Shown here piece after piece: positions 24,672 through 37,434 of a DNA stretch of 64,000 bases (positions are counted from its first letter, which is position 1; every line of letters starts with the position of its first letter). The stretch comes from Eledone cirrhosa. Its lineage: Eukaryota. The notes beneath the pieces are model-generated. The model had not been told where the DNA came from. It made no database searches and worked only from the letters and a program-made list of their open reading frames with translations. The stretch is taken from positions 16,988,001 through 17,052,000 of the forward strand of contig OZ024758.1 in assembly GCA_964016885.1 (NCBI GenBank), given 5' to 3'. A program made the translations under genes and the position numbers.

Positions 24672-25229
24672 CAGGGGTGTGCAACATATTCCATTGGCGG
24701 GCCACTTTTGAACATTGGAACAATTATTAGGGCCATTAATATTTATTAAGCACTATTCCAAAGATTCACCATAACTTCTTGGAACTGGGAAATTATAACA
24801 CACATAACCCTATCAGTGAAGCCCTTCAGTGTAGATCAAAACCACAACTTCTTTCCATAACACGGAACTGGGAAATTATAACACACATAACCCTATCAAT
24901 GAAGCCCTTTAATATAGATCAAAACCACAACTTCTTTCCATAACATGGAACTGGGAAATTATAACACACATAACCCTATCAGTGAAGCCCTTTAGTATAG
25001 GTCAAAACCACAACTTCTTTCCATAACATGGAACTGGGAAATTATAACACACATAACCCTATCAGTGAAGCCCATTAGTATAGGTCAACTAACAGAAAAT
25101 TGTATTACAGTTACAAAAAAAATTCTAAATAAGCCTACAAGATAAAGCTTAAAAACAGTCATCGTGGGCCACTCTGACTGGTCTGGAGGGTTGGATTGTG
25201 GCCCGCAGCCGCTTGTTTGCATGCCCCTG
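24672..25229. mobile_element. hAT (Charlie-like) non-autonomous element with an internal 83-bp tandem repeat
   Basis: TIRs CAGGGGTGTGCAA / TTGCATGCCCCTG; flanks CTCTAGAG and ATTTAGAA resemble the NTCTAGAN target; GGAACTGGG at 24781, 24864, 24947 and 25030. Confidence 0.8.
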
Positions 25230-26009
25230 ATTTAGAAGATCGATCATTGGTTTAGTGGCTCCAAGATTATTTGGTGTCATTTGGAACATTTTACTGAATT
25301 TTATTAGTTTGCAATTCACATATTTACCAGCAATATGTATCATGACTTGCAATATTGCAGTATTGCCTGCAGCAGTCTGGCATCTTATTTCCCTTTTGTT
25401 CCACTCTCCTGCCATGTTTATTTTCTCTCTCTCTCCCAGCACTGAGCATCAGGGACAGTGTACAAGAAAGAAAACACGATGGGTATGGAAAGAAATAAGA
25501 GGTAGAGAGAGGGGATAAAGGCTGCATAAATGAAAATGACAAAACAATGTAAAGAAAATCCAAGAAAGAGGTGGAATGAAGTAGTAAGATGTGATCTCAA
25601 TAAGGTCTGATCTCTCATAAGACATGACACAGAAGAATGACAAGTGAAGAGATGCTTTGCTGAGACAGACATATGCAATTGGTGGATGTTGTCTGTAAAA
25701 ATAGAGGTCAAATGTTGTTGCTGCTGATGATAACATTAATGATGATGATGATGATGATGATGACATTATTATTGACGATGATGATGATGACGCTGCCGCC
25801 TACAATGCTGCAGCTGATGATGATGATGATATCAACAATGATGACAATAATGAACTACAATATATTCAGATCTTACTTGTAGAATTAATGGCATAAATAA
25901 CCAAGTCATATGACACTAGTATAGCAGCTGAAAACTTGATTCCTATTTTGTGTACCTAGAAAAGATAGGTTGCTTTTATGATGACTCCTTTTATGATGAT
26001 AGTATTAAT

Positions 26010-26662
26010 TGTTTCTACTTTTGACACAAGGCCAGCAATTAATTATCCCAGTGTATTACTGGTACTTTATTTTATTGACCCCGTAAGGATGAAAGGCAAA
26101 GTTAACCTTGGTGGGATGTGAACTCAGAATGGAAAGGGCCATAACTCTATGCTGCAAAACATGGCGTCTGACGCTCTACCGATACTGCCAAGCCACCACC
26201 TGATGATGGTAATAATAAGGCTGCTTGTGATCAGTTTAATAATAATTGTTTCTACTTTAGGCACAAGGCCAGCAATTATTCCAGTACATTACTGGTACTT
26301 TATTTTATCGACCCCGTAAGGATGAAAGGCAAAGTTAACCTCAGCGGGATTTGAACTCAGATCATAAAGGGACGTAACTATGCTGGAAAGGATGTCTGAC
26401 CCTCTACCGATACTGCCAATTTAATGGTTTCTAATTTAGGCACAAAGCCAATAATTTTGGGGGAGGGGAAAGTGTATTAAATCGACTTCAGTATGTTACT
26501 GGTGCTTTATTTTATTGATTCCGTAAGGATGAAAGGCAAAGCTAACCTTGGCAGAATTTGAACTGAGACCGTAAAGGACCATAACTCTATTCTGCAAAGT
26601 ATGGTGACCGACTCTAACGATGCTGCCAATATTGATGGTTTCTAATTTAGACACAAGGCCTG
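26010..26662 (-). mobile_element. Cluster of 3 SINE A copies plus a tail stub
   Basis: Units at about 26010, 26245 and 26425; stub at 26636-26662. Confidence 0.88.
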
Positions 26663-26851
26663 GAATTTCATTACATGGAACCCAAAACTTGAGAGATACC
26701 ATATAAACTCAAATATAAGCTGAGGAATTTGTGACCAAAACAATCGATGGTAGAAGTGTGTTGAGGATGACATTTGACTCTGAGGTGTTCATCTGCCAGG
26801 CTGCTGGCATTCCACTTACCCTCCTCACCAGACTATGGCATGGTGGGAATC

Positions 26852-27530
26852 ATGACCTAACCAGTGTCTGGTAGGGGAGCCAGTTTAGCCACTGACCACT
26901 TGACCATGAAGCAAGTTGTACTGGGTTACATAGTATCAATAGCAGGCAGAAGCCCGACCTGACCAGTGTCAGGTGTGGGAACCAGTTTAGCCACTGGCTA
27001 CTTGACCATGAAGCAATTTGTACTGGGTTACATAGTACCAATAGCAGGCAGAAGGCTGACTTGACCTGTGTCTGGTGGGGGAGCCAGTTTAGCCACTGGC
27101 TACTTGACCATGAAGCAATTTGTACTGGGTTACATAGTACCAATAGCAGGCAGAAGGCTGACTTGACCTGTGTCTGGTGGGGGAGCCAGTTTAGCCACTG
27201 ACCACTTGACCATGAAGCAAGTTGTACTGGGTTACATAGTATCAATAGCAAGCAGAAACCTGACCAGTGTCAGGTGCAGGAACCAGTTTAGCCACTGGCT
27301 ACTTGACAATGAAGCAATTTGTACTGTGTTACATAGTACCAATAGCAGGCAGAAAACCTGACCAGTGTCTGGTGGGGGAGCCAGTTTAGCAGCTGACCAC
27401 TTGACCACGAAGCAGGTTGTACTGGGTTACATAGTATCAATAGTAAGCAGAAGGCTGACCTGACCACTCAACAATGAATCAACTTGTACTGAGGTACATA
27501 GTGCTGATAGCAGGCAGAATCCTGACATGA
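26852..27530. repeat. ~102-bp tandem array, about 6.5 copies
   Basis: GTTTAG at 26883, 26985, 27087, 27189, 27286 and 27384. Confidence 0.92.
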
Positions 27531-28413
27531 CAATATATTAGAATTAAAATACCAGAAGGAACACTACACTTGACATATTTCTAGCTCTAAAAATAATGAC
27601 AAAGTTAAATAGATTTAATAAAATAACTAACTTTTTCATTATCAAACTGACATTTATAACATAACTTAACAAATATTCTCACAGAATTATGATGGAAGGT
27701 AATTAAATGAATATAACACTTTGAAATATAGCTCTTTGTATCAGAAACAAGATAGGTGGTTTCAGGCTGTTTGTTATCAAAAGGGTTAGATTTAAGACTG
27801 ACAATATGAAAGAATAATAAAGTTAACAAAGAAAAATAAGATTTTAGGAATTTCCAAGGGGATTCACAACACATGAATATATGCCTGAAAATATTCTTTC
27901 ATCTTTACATTTGAGATTTGAGACAATGACTACAACTAACATGATTCAATTTTAGCATATAGAGAGACAGAAGATTATAGTGTTTATACACTAGGGAAGA
28001 AGATTTCAACACAGCACAAGAATCCAATTAGACATTTATCAGTTTCACTGTACTGCCATAGCTATTTACAGATAGAACCTACAGCCAAACAATTTACCTT
28101 CTTCCAACTGACCTCTACACATGAATACAGACATTTACACAGAGAGTGGTACACACTGGTACATACATAAATGCACAAATACACTCAAAAACACACAAAC
28201 ATACCCACAATCGTATATACGTTTATAAATATATATATATATCATCATCATCATCGATTAACGTCCGTCTTCCATGCTAGCATGGGTTAGACGGGTCCCA
28301 TTTAGAGGCAAGTTTGGTCGGATGACCGTGTCTCACTCATATTGGAGTGTTTCTGGCTGCTTTTCTACATATACATACAAATATATACACACACACACAC
28401 ACACATATATATA

Positions 28414-28476
<63 letters not shown>

Positions 28477-28593
28477 GTATATAGATACATATATATATAT
28501 ATGCATATATATATATATATATACGTATATAGATACATATATATATATATGCATATATATATATATATATATATACGTTTATAAATATATATA

Positions 28594-28932
28594 ATGGAGG
28601 CACATGGCTTAGTGGTTAGAGCATTGGCCTTGCAATCGAAAGGTTGTGAGTTCAATTCTCAGACCGGGTGATTTGTTGTTTCCTTGAGCAATATGAGTGA
28701 GACACGGTCATCCGACCCAACTTACCTCTAAATGGGACCCATCTAACCCATGCTAGCATGGAAGTGGACATGCAAAGTGGACGTGTAGGCGCCATGGCAA
28801 AAAAGCACCCAGCACTCACTGTAAATGAGGTTGGTGTTAGGAAGGGCATCCAGCTGTAGAAATCAAGCCAGAATCAGTTCCCGTCCCACCCTTGCAAGCA
28901 GGGAAAAGCAGACGTAAAATGAAATGACAATG
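28594..28932 (+). mobile_element. Chimeric SINE family B copy
   Basis: tRNA head TGGCTTAGTGGTTAGAGC..GAGTTCAATTC and RTE-type tail CCCTTGCAAGCAGGGAAAAGCAGACGTAAAATGA; the centre is replaced by other sequence. Confidence 0.85.
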
Positions 28933-29869
28933 ATACGTATATAGATACATATATATATATATATGCATATATATATATATATATATATATATACCCACAT
29001 ATTCATTTATTAAGTTCATAACTCTTAACAGAGCTATTCCCCTGAGAGTTGTTAAGTTAATAAATGTAAATAGAACTACACTACTTAAGGACATTGAGTA
29101 CTTACTTACCCATATATTATGGTTCTCCCCACTTTAAACCAGCACATTAACAACACAGATACACACACACATACACAAATACACACACAAATACACACAC
29201 AAATACACACACACATAATATACTGTATATATTAGTTATTAAATTAACAATGAAAATAGTAACAACAAAGGCAAGTTATTTTACCTATTCATATCATTGC
29301 TTTACGATCGTTTCGGAGGGTTGAGCATATTGACATATTGTCTGTTCTATAGCAGTTATATAACTGTATACCATCAGATCTCATATATAGGTTCGATCAG
29401 ACCGTCTTCTTCGGAAATATATATGTATGTACAACAAAGAAAGTGTGGTAAGGAACCAGGTGGGCCATAACACACCAGAGTACTCGACACTTAGGGTAGT
29501 AGAGTGAGTAATAGGAAAAGAGTCAGGACCCCGATGGCTGGGCTCCGGCCATTGGGGTCATGACTCGGAAAAAATGAAACGAAATTTCATTTCCCATATT
29601 TACCTTATGCATAATAACATAATAATTTCATTTCCCATACTTACCTTATGCATAATAACGACTGAGTAGCCCAATTTGCATATCGAGTGGGTTAATCGGC
29701 CGGGTGCACCGAAAATAATAAACGGAAAAAATGAAACAAAATTTAATTTCCCACTCTTAGTACGGCTGTTACTTAAATATAAGTATGTACACATTGTTTA
29801 CAAACACACCGAGCATTATAATAAATGTTCGGTGAATCCATACGTACATATATATATGTGTGCATGTCA

Positions 29870-30199
29870 TTTCATCATTTCATTTTACGTCCACTTTTCC
29901 CTGCTTGCAAGGGTGGGACGGGAACTGATTCTGGCTTGATTTCTACAGCTGGATGCCCTTCCTAACACCAACCTCATTTACAGTGGGTGCTTTTTTGCCG
30001 TGGCACCTCCACGTCCACTTTGCAGTGGAATGATAGGGACCCCAGTCCCTATCATCTCATTTCTACAGCTGAGTAAACTGGAGCAATGTGAAATAAAGTG
30101 TCTTGCTCAAGGAAACAACACATCACCCGGTCTGAGAATTGAACTCACAACCTTTCGATTGCAAGGCCAATGCTCTAACCACTAAGCCATGTGCCTCCA
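29870..30199 (-). mobile_element. SINE family B copy
   Basis: Near-identical to 34025-34357 and to the reverse complement of 38974-39317. Confidence 0.9.
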
Positions 30200-30434
30200 T
30201 ATATATATATACATACTACTGTACGTCTGTATACATATATGTATGTACATGTACATACTTATATTTAAGTAACAGCCGTACTAAGAGTGGGAAATGAAAT
30301 TTTGTTTCATTTTTTCCGTTTATTATTTTCGGTGCACCCGGCCGATTAACCCACTCGATATGCAAATTGGGCTACTCAGTCGTTATTATGCATAAGGTAA
30401 GTATATAGTTCAACAATCTGGCAGGAAGGTATAC

Positions 30435-30473
30435 ATTGCTGGTGATAGCTAATAAGCTTGAAACTAGTACAGC
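30435..30473 (+). ncRNA. Degenerate minimal hammerhead (CUGGUGA core variant)
   Basis: TTG-CTGGTGA-TAGCT aata AGCTT-GAAA-CTAG-TA-CAG; palindromic stem III ACTAGT; A6 replaced by G, so probably inactive. Confidence 0.5.
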
Positions 30474-30759
30474 GTTCCTTTGTCAGTGTTGAACAAACGA
30501 GCAACGATGGTTGCTAGACACTACGGCTTAATACGGGATGTTTGTTTACAAACACACCAAGCATTATAATAAATGTTCGGTGAATCCATACATACATACA
30601 TATATATATGTGTACATGTATGTATATATATATACATACTTCTGTACGTCTGTATACATATATGTATGTACGTGTACATACTTATATTTAAGTAACAGCC
30701 GTACTAAGAGTGGGAAATGAAATTTCGTTTCATTTTTTCCGTTTATATATATATATATG

Positions 30760-30822
<63 letters not shown>

Positions 30823-30845
30823 ATAAATATATATATATATGTATG

Positions 30846-30906
<61 letters not shown>

Positions 30907-31314
30907 ATATTTATATATATGTATATATATATATATATTTGTATATATATATGTATATATATATATTATTTATTATTAGTACAGATTAACTGTTTAAGCA
31001 ACACATTTCTGTTTAACCCTAAGTGGGATAGTCTGAAACTGAGAAAAAGGTTTTCAGTATTAATAATGTAAATAAAACCCTTTTTGTACAGCCGACCATG
31101 TTATTCTTCACTCTTTACCTATATATATATATATAATACATACAACAAATATTAGATTTGATATATATATATCAAATAAAAAAACAGAGTTGCATTTATC
31201 CCTGTAATTTAATGAACTCAAGGAATAAGTACCGGGCTCTTCATAATAGTGTATATAGAGAAGAAAACAGAAAAAGGGTATGTTTTCAATTACAAGGGGT
31301 AGAGAACTACTAGA

Positions 31315-32365
31315 GTGAAGGGATCTGTTCTTGGTCCCCTTTTGTTTGTGGCATATATTAATGACATAGATGCCAACTTACAGAATGCCACGGTACTGAA
31401 ATATGCAGATGACATCAAGCTGTACCTTGAAATCAAAAGGACTGATCCTGAAATCTACAACTCTTTCTTACAATCAGACCTGGACACAATGCAGCAATGG
31501 ATCACAGACTGGCAACTGAAGCTGGCTGTGGACAAGTGTACCACCATGCATTTTCGGAGGAAAAATCCAGCATCCATATACTCCCTCCACAACACTGATA
31601 TCAAGAAGTCCTCTTGTGAACGTGACTTGGGCATTACTGTCAGCAGCGATTTGAGTTGGACAAAGCATGTCTCTAAGATTGTCAAAAAGGCCGAGGGTGT
31701 CTTGGCATCACTCAGCAAGACCTTTGTTAGCTGCTCTCCAGTCATCTATTTAAAACTGAATACAGCTATGGTACGACCACACTTGGAATTCGCATCATCA
31801 GTCTGGAATCCCTATCTTGCTCAGAACATTGACCACCTGGAAACTGTTCAGAAACGTGCAACCAAGCGCATACCCTCCATCAGACACCTACCATACTCTG
31901 AATGCCTTGCTTCCCTGGGCATGGATTCATTGAAGCTCCGACGTCTGGCAATGGACTTGGTAAACACCCACAAAGTTATTAACCATCACGCCAACAACAA
32001 CCCTGAGCACCTTTTTGATCTCCATGTGTCTAACACACGTGGACATGCTTACAAAATCAGAAACCATGACTTTCGTAAACATCTTTTCACGCTCAGAGTT
32101 GCTGAAGCATGGAACAAACTGCCTGTGTCAGTTGTTAGCTGCCGAGACACTGCATCCTTTAAAACACTCATGCTTCCCCAAATACGCCAAAACTACACCT
32201 GATGTACCCCTTCCATACACATGCACACATGTGTATATCATGACTCCTGCACTGTTCATTTTCCTGGCGTTTGTACATTACCCTATGTACTATACATACA
32301 CTTTTTGATGAGTTGTAGTGCACCTGAGCACTGTACACAATATTTCATTATTATTATATTATTAT
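31315..32365 (+). mobile_element. 5'-truncated CR1/L2-group LINE: RT C-terminal ORF remnant (31315-32202) plus 3' UTR and (ATT)n tail
   Basis: GSVLGPLLFVAYIND, KYADDIKLY, ERDLGI, MVRPHLEFASSVWNPY, LETVQKRATK, NTRGH, FTLRVAEAWNKLP; no true start and no endonuclease domain. Confidence 0.93.
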
Positions 32366-32516
32366 AAGGGTTTATATTCTTCACTCTAGTGGTTCTCTAC
32401 CCCCTTGTAATTGAAAACATACTCTTTTTGTGTTTCTTCTCTTTTTTGTGTTTTCTTCTATATACTGTATTTTATATATATATACAACAAATATTAAATT
32501 TGATATATATATATAT

Positions 32517-33057
32517 CGGTTACGCTGGTATGGACATGTGATGCGTATGAAGGATGACAGCTGCATAAAAAGGTGCAGAGCACTAGAAGTTGATGGAAAC
32601 CGCGGAGTGGGGAGACCCAAGATGACTTGGGATGAGGTGATAAAAGCCGACCTTACCCAACTACACCTCTCAAAGTCAATGACACACGACCGTGACTTCT
32701 GGCGTCACGCAGTAATACAGGGTACCCGACCTCCCATGGGTACATGCTGAAGCATATAAACAATATGCCCCCCCCCCCCCCCCACCGCAAGGTGGTCGTG
32801 GAGGTGCCACGGCAAAAAAGCACCCAGCCCACACTGTAAAGTGGACGTGTAGGCGCCACGAAAAAGCACCCAGCACTCACTGTAAATGAGGTTGGTGTTA
32901 GGAAGGGCATCCAGCTGTAGAAATCAAGCCAGATCAGTTCCTGTATGAGCAAGGCATGGTCAGCCGACCAGACACTGCCCACAACAGGACAACCCGTCTA
33001 ACCCATGCTAGCGTGGAAGAACGGACGTAAAACGGTGATGATGATGATGATGATGAT
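32517..33057 (+). mobile_element. 5'-truncated RTE LINE end with a long 3' UTR containing the GTTAGGAAGGGCATCCAGC module
   Basis: RLRWYGHVMRM..GNRGVGRPKMTWDEVIKADL..DRDFWR; near-identical copy at 49040-49619. Confidence 0.9.
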
Positions 33058-33362
33058 ATAAATATATAAATATATATGCAACAAATTTAATATAGAAATG
33101 GCTATTACAGGACTACAACTGTTTCATTCGAAGGAAATCACCAGGGCTTTCCTGATGATACACACACACACACACATATACATATATATCAGCCAGCATA
33201 ACTTCGAGTTTCATATTTAATCAAGATCATATAACTAAATGCGATAAATTAAGAATTTTCTGGAGGGAATCAGGACATACATGAAAATAGCTCTGGTATT
33301 GCATGCTGTGCCTAAGATATCTGTAAGGAGTACAACTCATTGCAGATATATGTATATATATA

Positions 33363-33399
<37 letters not shown>

Positions 33400-34024
33400 G
33401 CATGTGTGTGTGTGTGAGGGGGGTGGTTATTTCCCTTGGCTAATAAGGAATTATTATATGTATGAACTAAAGAGTAATAATAATGAAGTAATAATTTAAA
33501 AGAAAAAATATAATATATGTACAGAATTGCAATATAATAAGTATGAGAAAATATGAAGAACTACAAAGTTTATTGGATGTTTCGAAGTTTATAATGAGCT
33601 CGGGACTGAATCTGTCCCTATCAGTGGTATAACAGCATCACATCAGTGATTGCATTCATAATCATTCTAGTTTTAATGTCTGCTGTCCCTGCTAGCAAAC
33701 TTATTAATTAGAAAAAATATAACCTCCAGTTTTTACAGTATGATGTTGTCTAACTTTCCTTTCTTATCTCATCAAAGTTTTATATTTAACAACTGTTTAT
33801 AAGTTATGTCATAATGGCATAGGTATAATTTCACATTTTAGACAGACAAGGTTATTCAGTAAACTATCTTTATCAAAATCTAGAGACACCTCAAATTTAT
33901 TCAATTCAAAGTTAGTATGGGATCATTGTAATGTACTGAGATATGTGATCTTGATGGACTCATAGTATCACATTAGATGTACTCAGAAATACATTTACCA
34001 CAAACATTGGATTCATCATCATCA

Positions 34025-34357
34025 TCATTTCATTTTACATCCGCTTTTCCCTGCTTGCAAGCAAGGGTGGGATGGGAACTGATTCTGGCTTGATTTCTAC
34101 AGCTGGATGCCCTTCCTAACACCAACCTCATTTACAGTGAGTGCTGGGTGCTTTTTTGCCATGGCACCTACACGACCACTTTGCAGTGGAATGATAGGGA
34201 CCCCAGTCCCTATCATCTCATTTCTACAGCTGAGTAAACTGGAGCAATGTGAAATAAAGTGTCTTGCTCAAGGAAACAACACATCACCCGGTCTGAGAAT
34301 TGAACTCACGACCTTTCGATTGCAAGGCCAATGCTCTAACCACTAAGCCATGTGCCT
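34025..34357 (-). mobile_element. SINE family B copy
   Basis: Head, hairpin, module and RTE tail all present. Confidence 0.9.
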
Positions 34358-35254
34358 ATATAGAAATAATGGGTTGATGATATCTCATCAAACTTTTCAG
34401 ATATAAAAAAACTCTGGTCTAAAAATAACTATCATTACCAAAATTTGCATCATGAACTTCACAAATTTACTCAATAAAATTACAATACAGCAAACCTTAA
34501 GTAGCCATGAGTAAAAGAGAGTATATAGGAAAAGTGTCAGGAACCCGATGGCTGAGCTCTGGCTGTTTCGTCAGCAAAATCTGAACTAAGCCTGCAGTAT
34601 TAGAATGGCGGGAATCTAGCTGAACTTATCAAGGGGTACAGTCCATATATGGGCATGCAGTCAAAACAAAAAAGCAGGAATATCAAATAAAAAATCCTAA
34701 AAATTTGTTGTTTTTCTTGTCCGTCACCAGGAATGGTCAATGAATTTGGGATGTCATGTACATGGTTAAATTTCTTCATAGCAGCGGGGCTGAACTGGTC
34801 ATTGAGATTTGAACTCAGAATAAATACAGTAAAGTATTTTGTCAAAATGCTCTACAATATTCAATGTTCAACTTGGAGTACTCATTCCAACAAGTAAAAA
34901 TATTCTGATTAAGCTTGGTAAATTGGTTGCATGATATGTGAGAAAATGCAAATTGGTTGCTATTAGAGCTAATTACTCTAATTTTGAATTTGCAGCTCTG
35001 AAATGCAGTGGAGTAAGCTTATATTATCTCGCCATAGTTGCATAGATAATGAGGCAAATTGACAGAGTCAGTAGAACATAAGATAAAATGCCAGGTAGTC
35101 TTAGTTTCTTATTCATATGTTCTTAATTAAAACCTCACTGAAATCGTCTTCACATTTCATCCTTTTGGGGTTGAAAGAATAAAGTAATAATGTAGAAAGG
35201 TGGGTTCAAATAATTGCTAGAGCATTAGCTAAAATGAGGTATTTCTTTTGCCAC

Positions 35255-35660
35255 ATGCAGCGACACTTTCTACAACTGCAACCTGGTGCAGTCTGCGACT
35301 AACCCAGGTTGTGCTGCACGTCCGGCTGAGGAGGCCAAACTCTCCAAGTACCGGTCGCTCTCTGACAGGTTCGCTGTCGTGCCCTTAGTAGTGGAGACTT
35401 CTGGTATCTTTGGCCCTAGGGCTACCTCCCTCCTTACCACCATAGGCGCTGAGCTGGCCAGCCGCAGGTGCTGGAGTTGGAATTGCTCTTCTCTTCCAGT
35501 GTATCTCCCTTACCATCCTCCGGGGAAACACCTTCTCCATTCTGTCCACCGGGGCTGTGGGGAGGTCAGCACGTGGGACCTGTGCAGTAATGATAGTCAG
35601 TCCATCCACTGAAGCTTGCATTGTGACACAGACATATAAACTAATTATTTGTACATTCAA
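35255..35660 (+). mobile_element. 3' fragment of a CRE-like (restriction-like endonuclease) non-LTR retrotransposon
   Basis: AARPAEEAKLSKYRSL..FAVVPLVVETSGIFGPRATSLL matches the RLE motif AE..K..KY..L....F.P...ET.G..G..A; GC-richer than its flanks. Confidence 0.75.
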
Positions 35661-35734
35661 TTGTTTGTGAATCTACTACAATAGAAATTCTGAAATTTGA
35701 CACTGAATCTCCGAGTTACTCAGCACATGATATC

Positions 35735-36125
35735 ATCATCATCATCATCATCATCATTTCACATCCGTTTTTCCCTGCTTGCAAGGGTGTGACAGGTCCT
35801 ATTTAGCACAGCATCTCTCCACGTGTCACGGTCCTTCGTCATCTCTGTGAGCTTCAGCGATCTGAGGTCTGCTCTCACCAGCTCTGCCCATGTTTTTCAT
35901 GGTCTTCCTCTACTGTGTCTTCCTTCTACTGGGATTTCTTGGCACTTCTTTACCCAGCGGTCATCCTCCATGCGCATCACATGTCCATACCATCTCAGTC
36001 TTCTCTCTTGCACACCACAACTTATTCCTCTTATACCCAGTTTCTTTCTCAACTCGTCTATGCTTGGTTGTTCAAGCACATTGACATTGCACATCCAACG
36101 GAGCATGGTTGCTTCATTTCTCTTG
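35735..36125 (-). mobile_element. RTE LINE 3' fragment
   Basis: RNEATMLRWMCNV..RRLRWYGHVMRM..EGRHSRGRP; tail CCCTTGCAAGCAGGGAAAAACGGATGTGAAA(TGA)n. Confidence 0.9.
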
Positions 36126-37434
36126 TTATAATCTATAACAAATAGTAAACTTAACAAAACAAATACTAGTCTGCCTTTCCCTCCTTGACGAAACTGTAAA
36201 AAAAGTCACTCATAAAAACAAAATATTAAACAGTACACTGTAGGTATCTCCTTCCACAAAGTCATATATAAGATTAAAACACTATAAGTAAAAGAAACTA
36301 AATCATTGATTAGTCAGTGAAATTGATAATATATTTTCCAGACACCCATTTTGACACTTTCTAACCCAAGTTAGAGGCATATCATCAGTTTGGTTCTAAT
36401 ATATGCAACTGGAAATTTCATTTAAAAGAGTTTTCTTGTGAAATATTCAGATGTAAATTGTTACTTTGACTATTTCATGATAAAACTTAAAATTTCTAAA
36501 GTTTTCTATCTTTCATTGTACATTTAGTGAAAGGGTTACTAAGTGTTTTAGACAAGTAGTTTTAATCTTTTTTGTTTTTTTCAAATCAAGTATCTGTCAG
36601 TTTTCATTGTCTTAACTGCATAGCTAAATCTTGGTAATAGTTTCATTTAAATTGTGGTCTTCAGAAGGCTATAAAAAAGATTTTGACGATAGAACTATTT
36701 CAAAACCTTCAATTGTCAAATAAATAATTTAGCCAATAAAAAAAAAGAAGAAAATACGAAATAAAAAGTAATTTAGAATAATACAGAATGTAAACATTGA
36801 ATTATTCATCATTTCATAAAAAGGAAAAATAAAAAAATAAAAAGAAAACAGGTAAAATAGAGAAGGAAAAGGAAAACTATTTTGTAAAGAACAGCCACAT
36901 GAACAAAATAGCTGCTGAAAGAATTTCAATGAAGATTAGTTTGACGAAAAATTGGATAACTTTAAATTCATAAACAACCTGATACTAAATATTGATTGTG
37001 GGATATAGAAAAAAAATATATTGTTGTGATAAAGAAAATAGCAATTGTAGTGAATTTATTGAAGACAATTTAGAAACCCAATTTAAGTACAGATCTGCTG
37101 TTGTGTTTAATAATATGTAATTTATCAAATTGAAGTTCTTTAAATATTATAATATTAAAGGATAAGAAAAGAATGTTTTGAAGTTGCAGGAGGTTTTTTT
37201 TTTTTAAAGTTATGCTTACAGATTATATATTTCTATAGAATATACTAAGAATATATTGTTGGTTGTAAGTTAGTTAAAGAAGTGTATGGGGGGTATATAG
37301 GGTTTGTTATTCAAGCAAATTCACTTATTAGAATGCTATTTCTGTCAGAATAATATGTTTCACTTTTTCCAATAAAATATTTCTAATATTAATACAAGTT
37401 TTTTTGTGGGATGGAGGCGTAGAAGCTAAATTTG

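Noticed and set aside
26850-27251. Repeat-protein ORF from the 102-bp (34-codon) array
   Set aside because: Later units are 97-98 bp and break frame; no known domain; open frame likely by chance
30028-30056. TetO-like operator TCCCTATCA palindrome
   Set aside because: Internal hairpin of SINE B; the resemblance is coincidental
31315-32202. Functional or domesticated reverse transcriptase gene
   Set aside because: Begins mid-RT with no true start, and the retained 3' UTR and tail indicate an ordinary 5'-truncated insertion
33105-33160. Minus-strand CTGGTGA..GAAACAGTTGTA hammerhead-like motif
   Set aside because: Core A6 mutated and stems I/II poorly paired; at most a decayed copy
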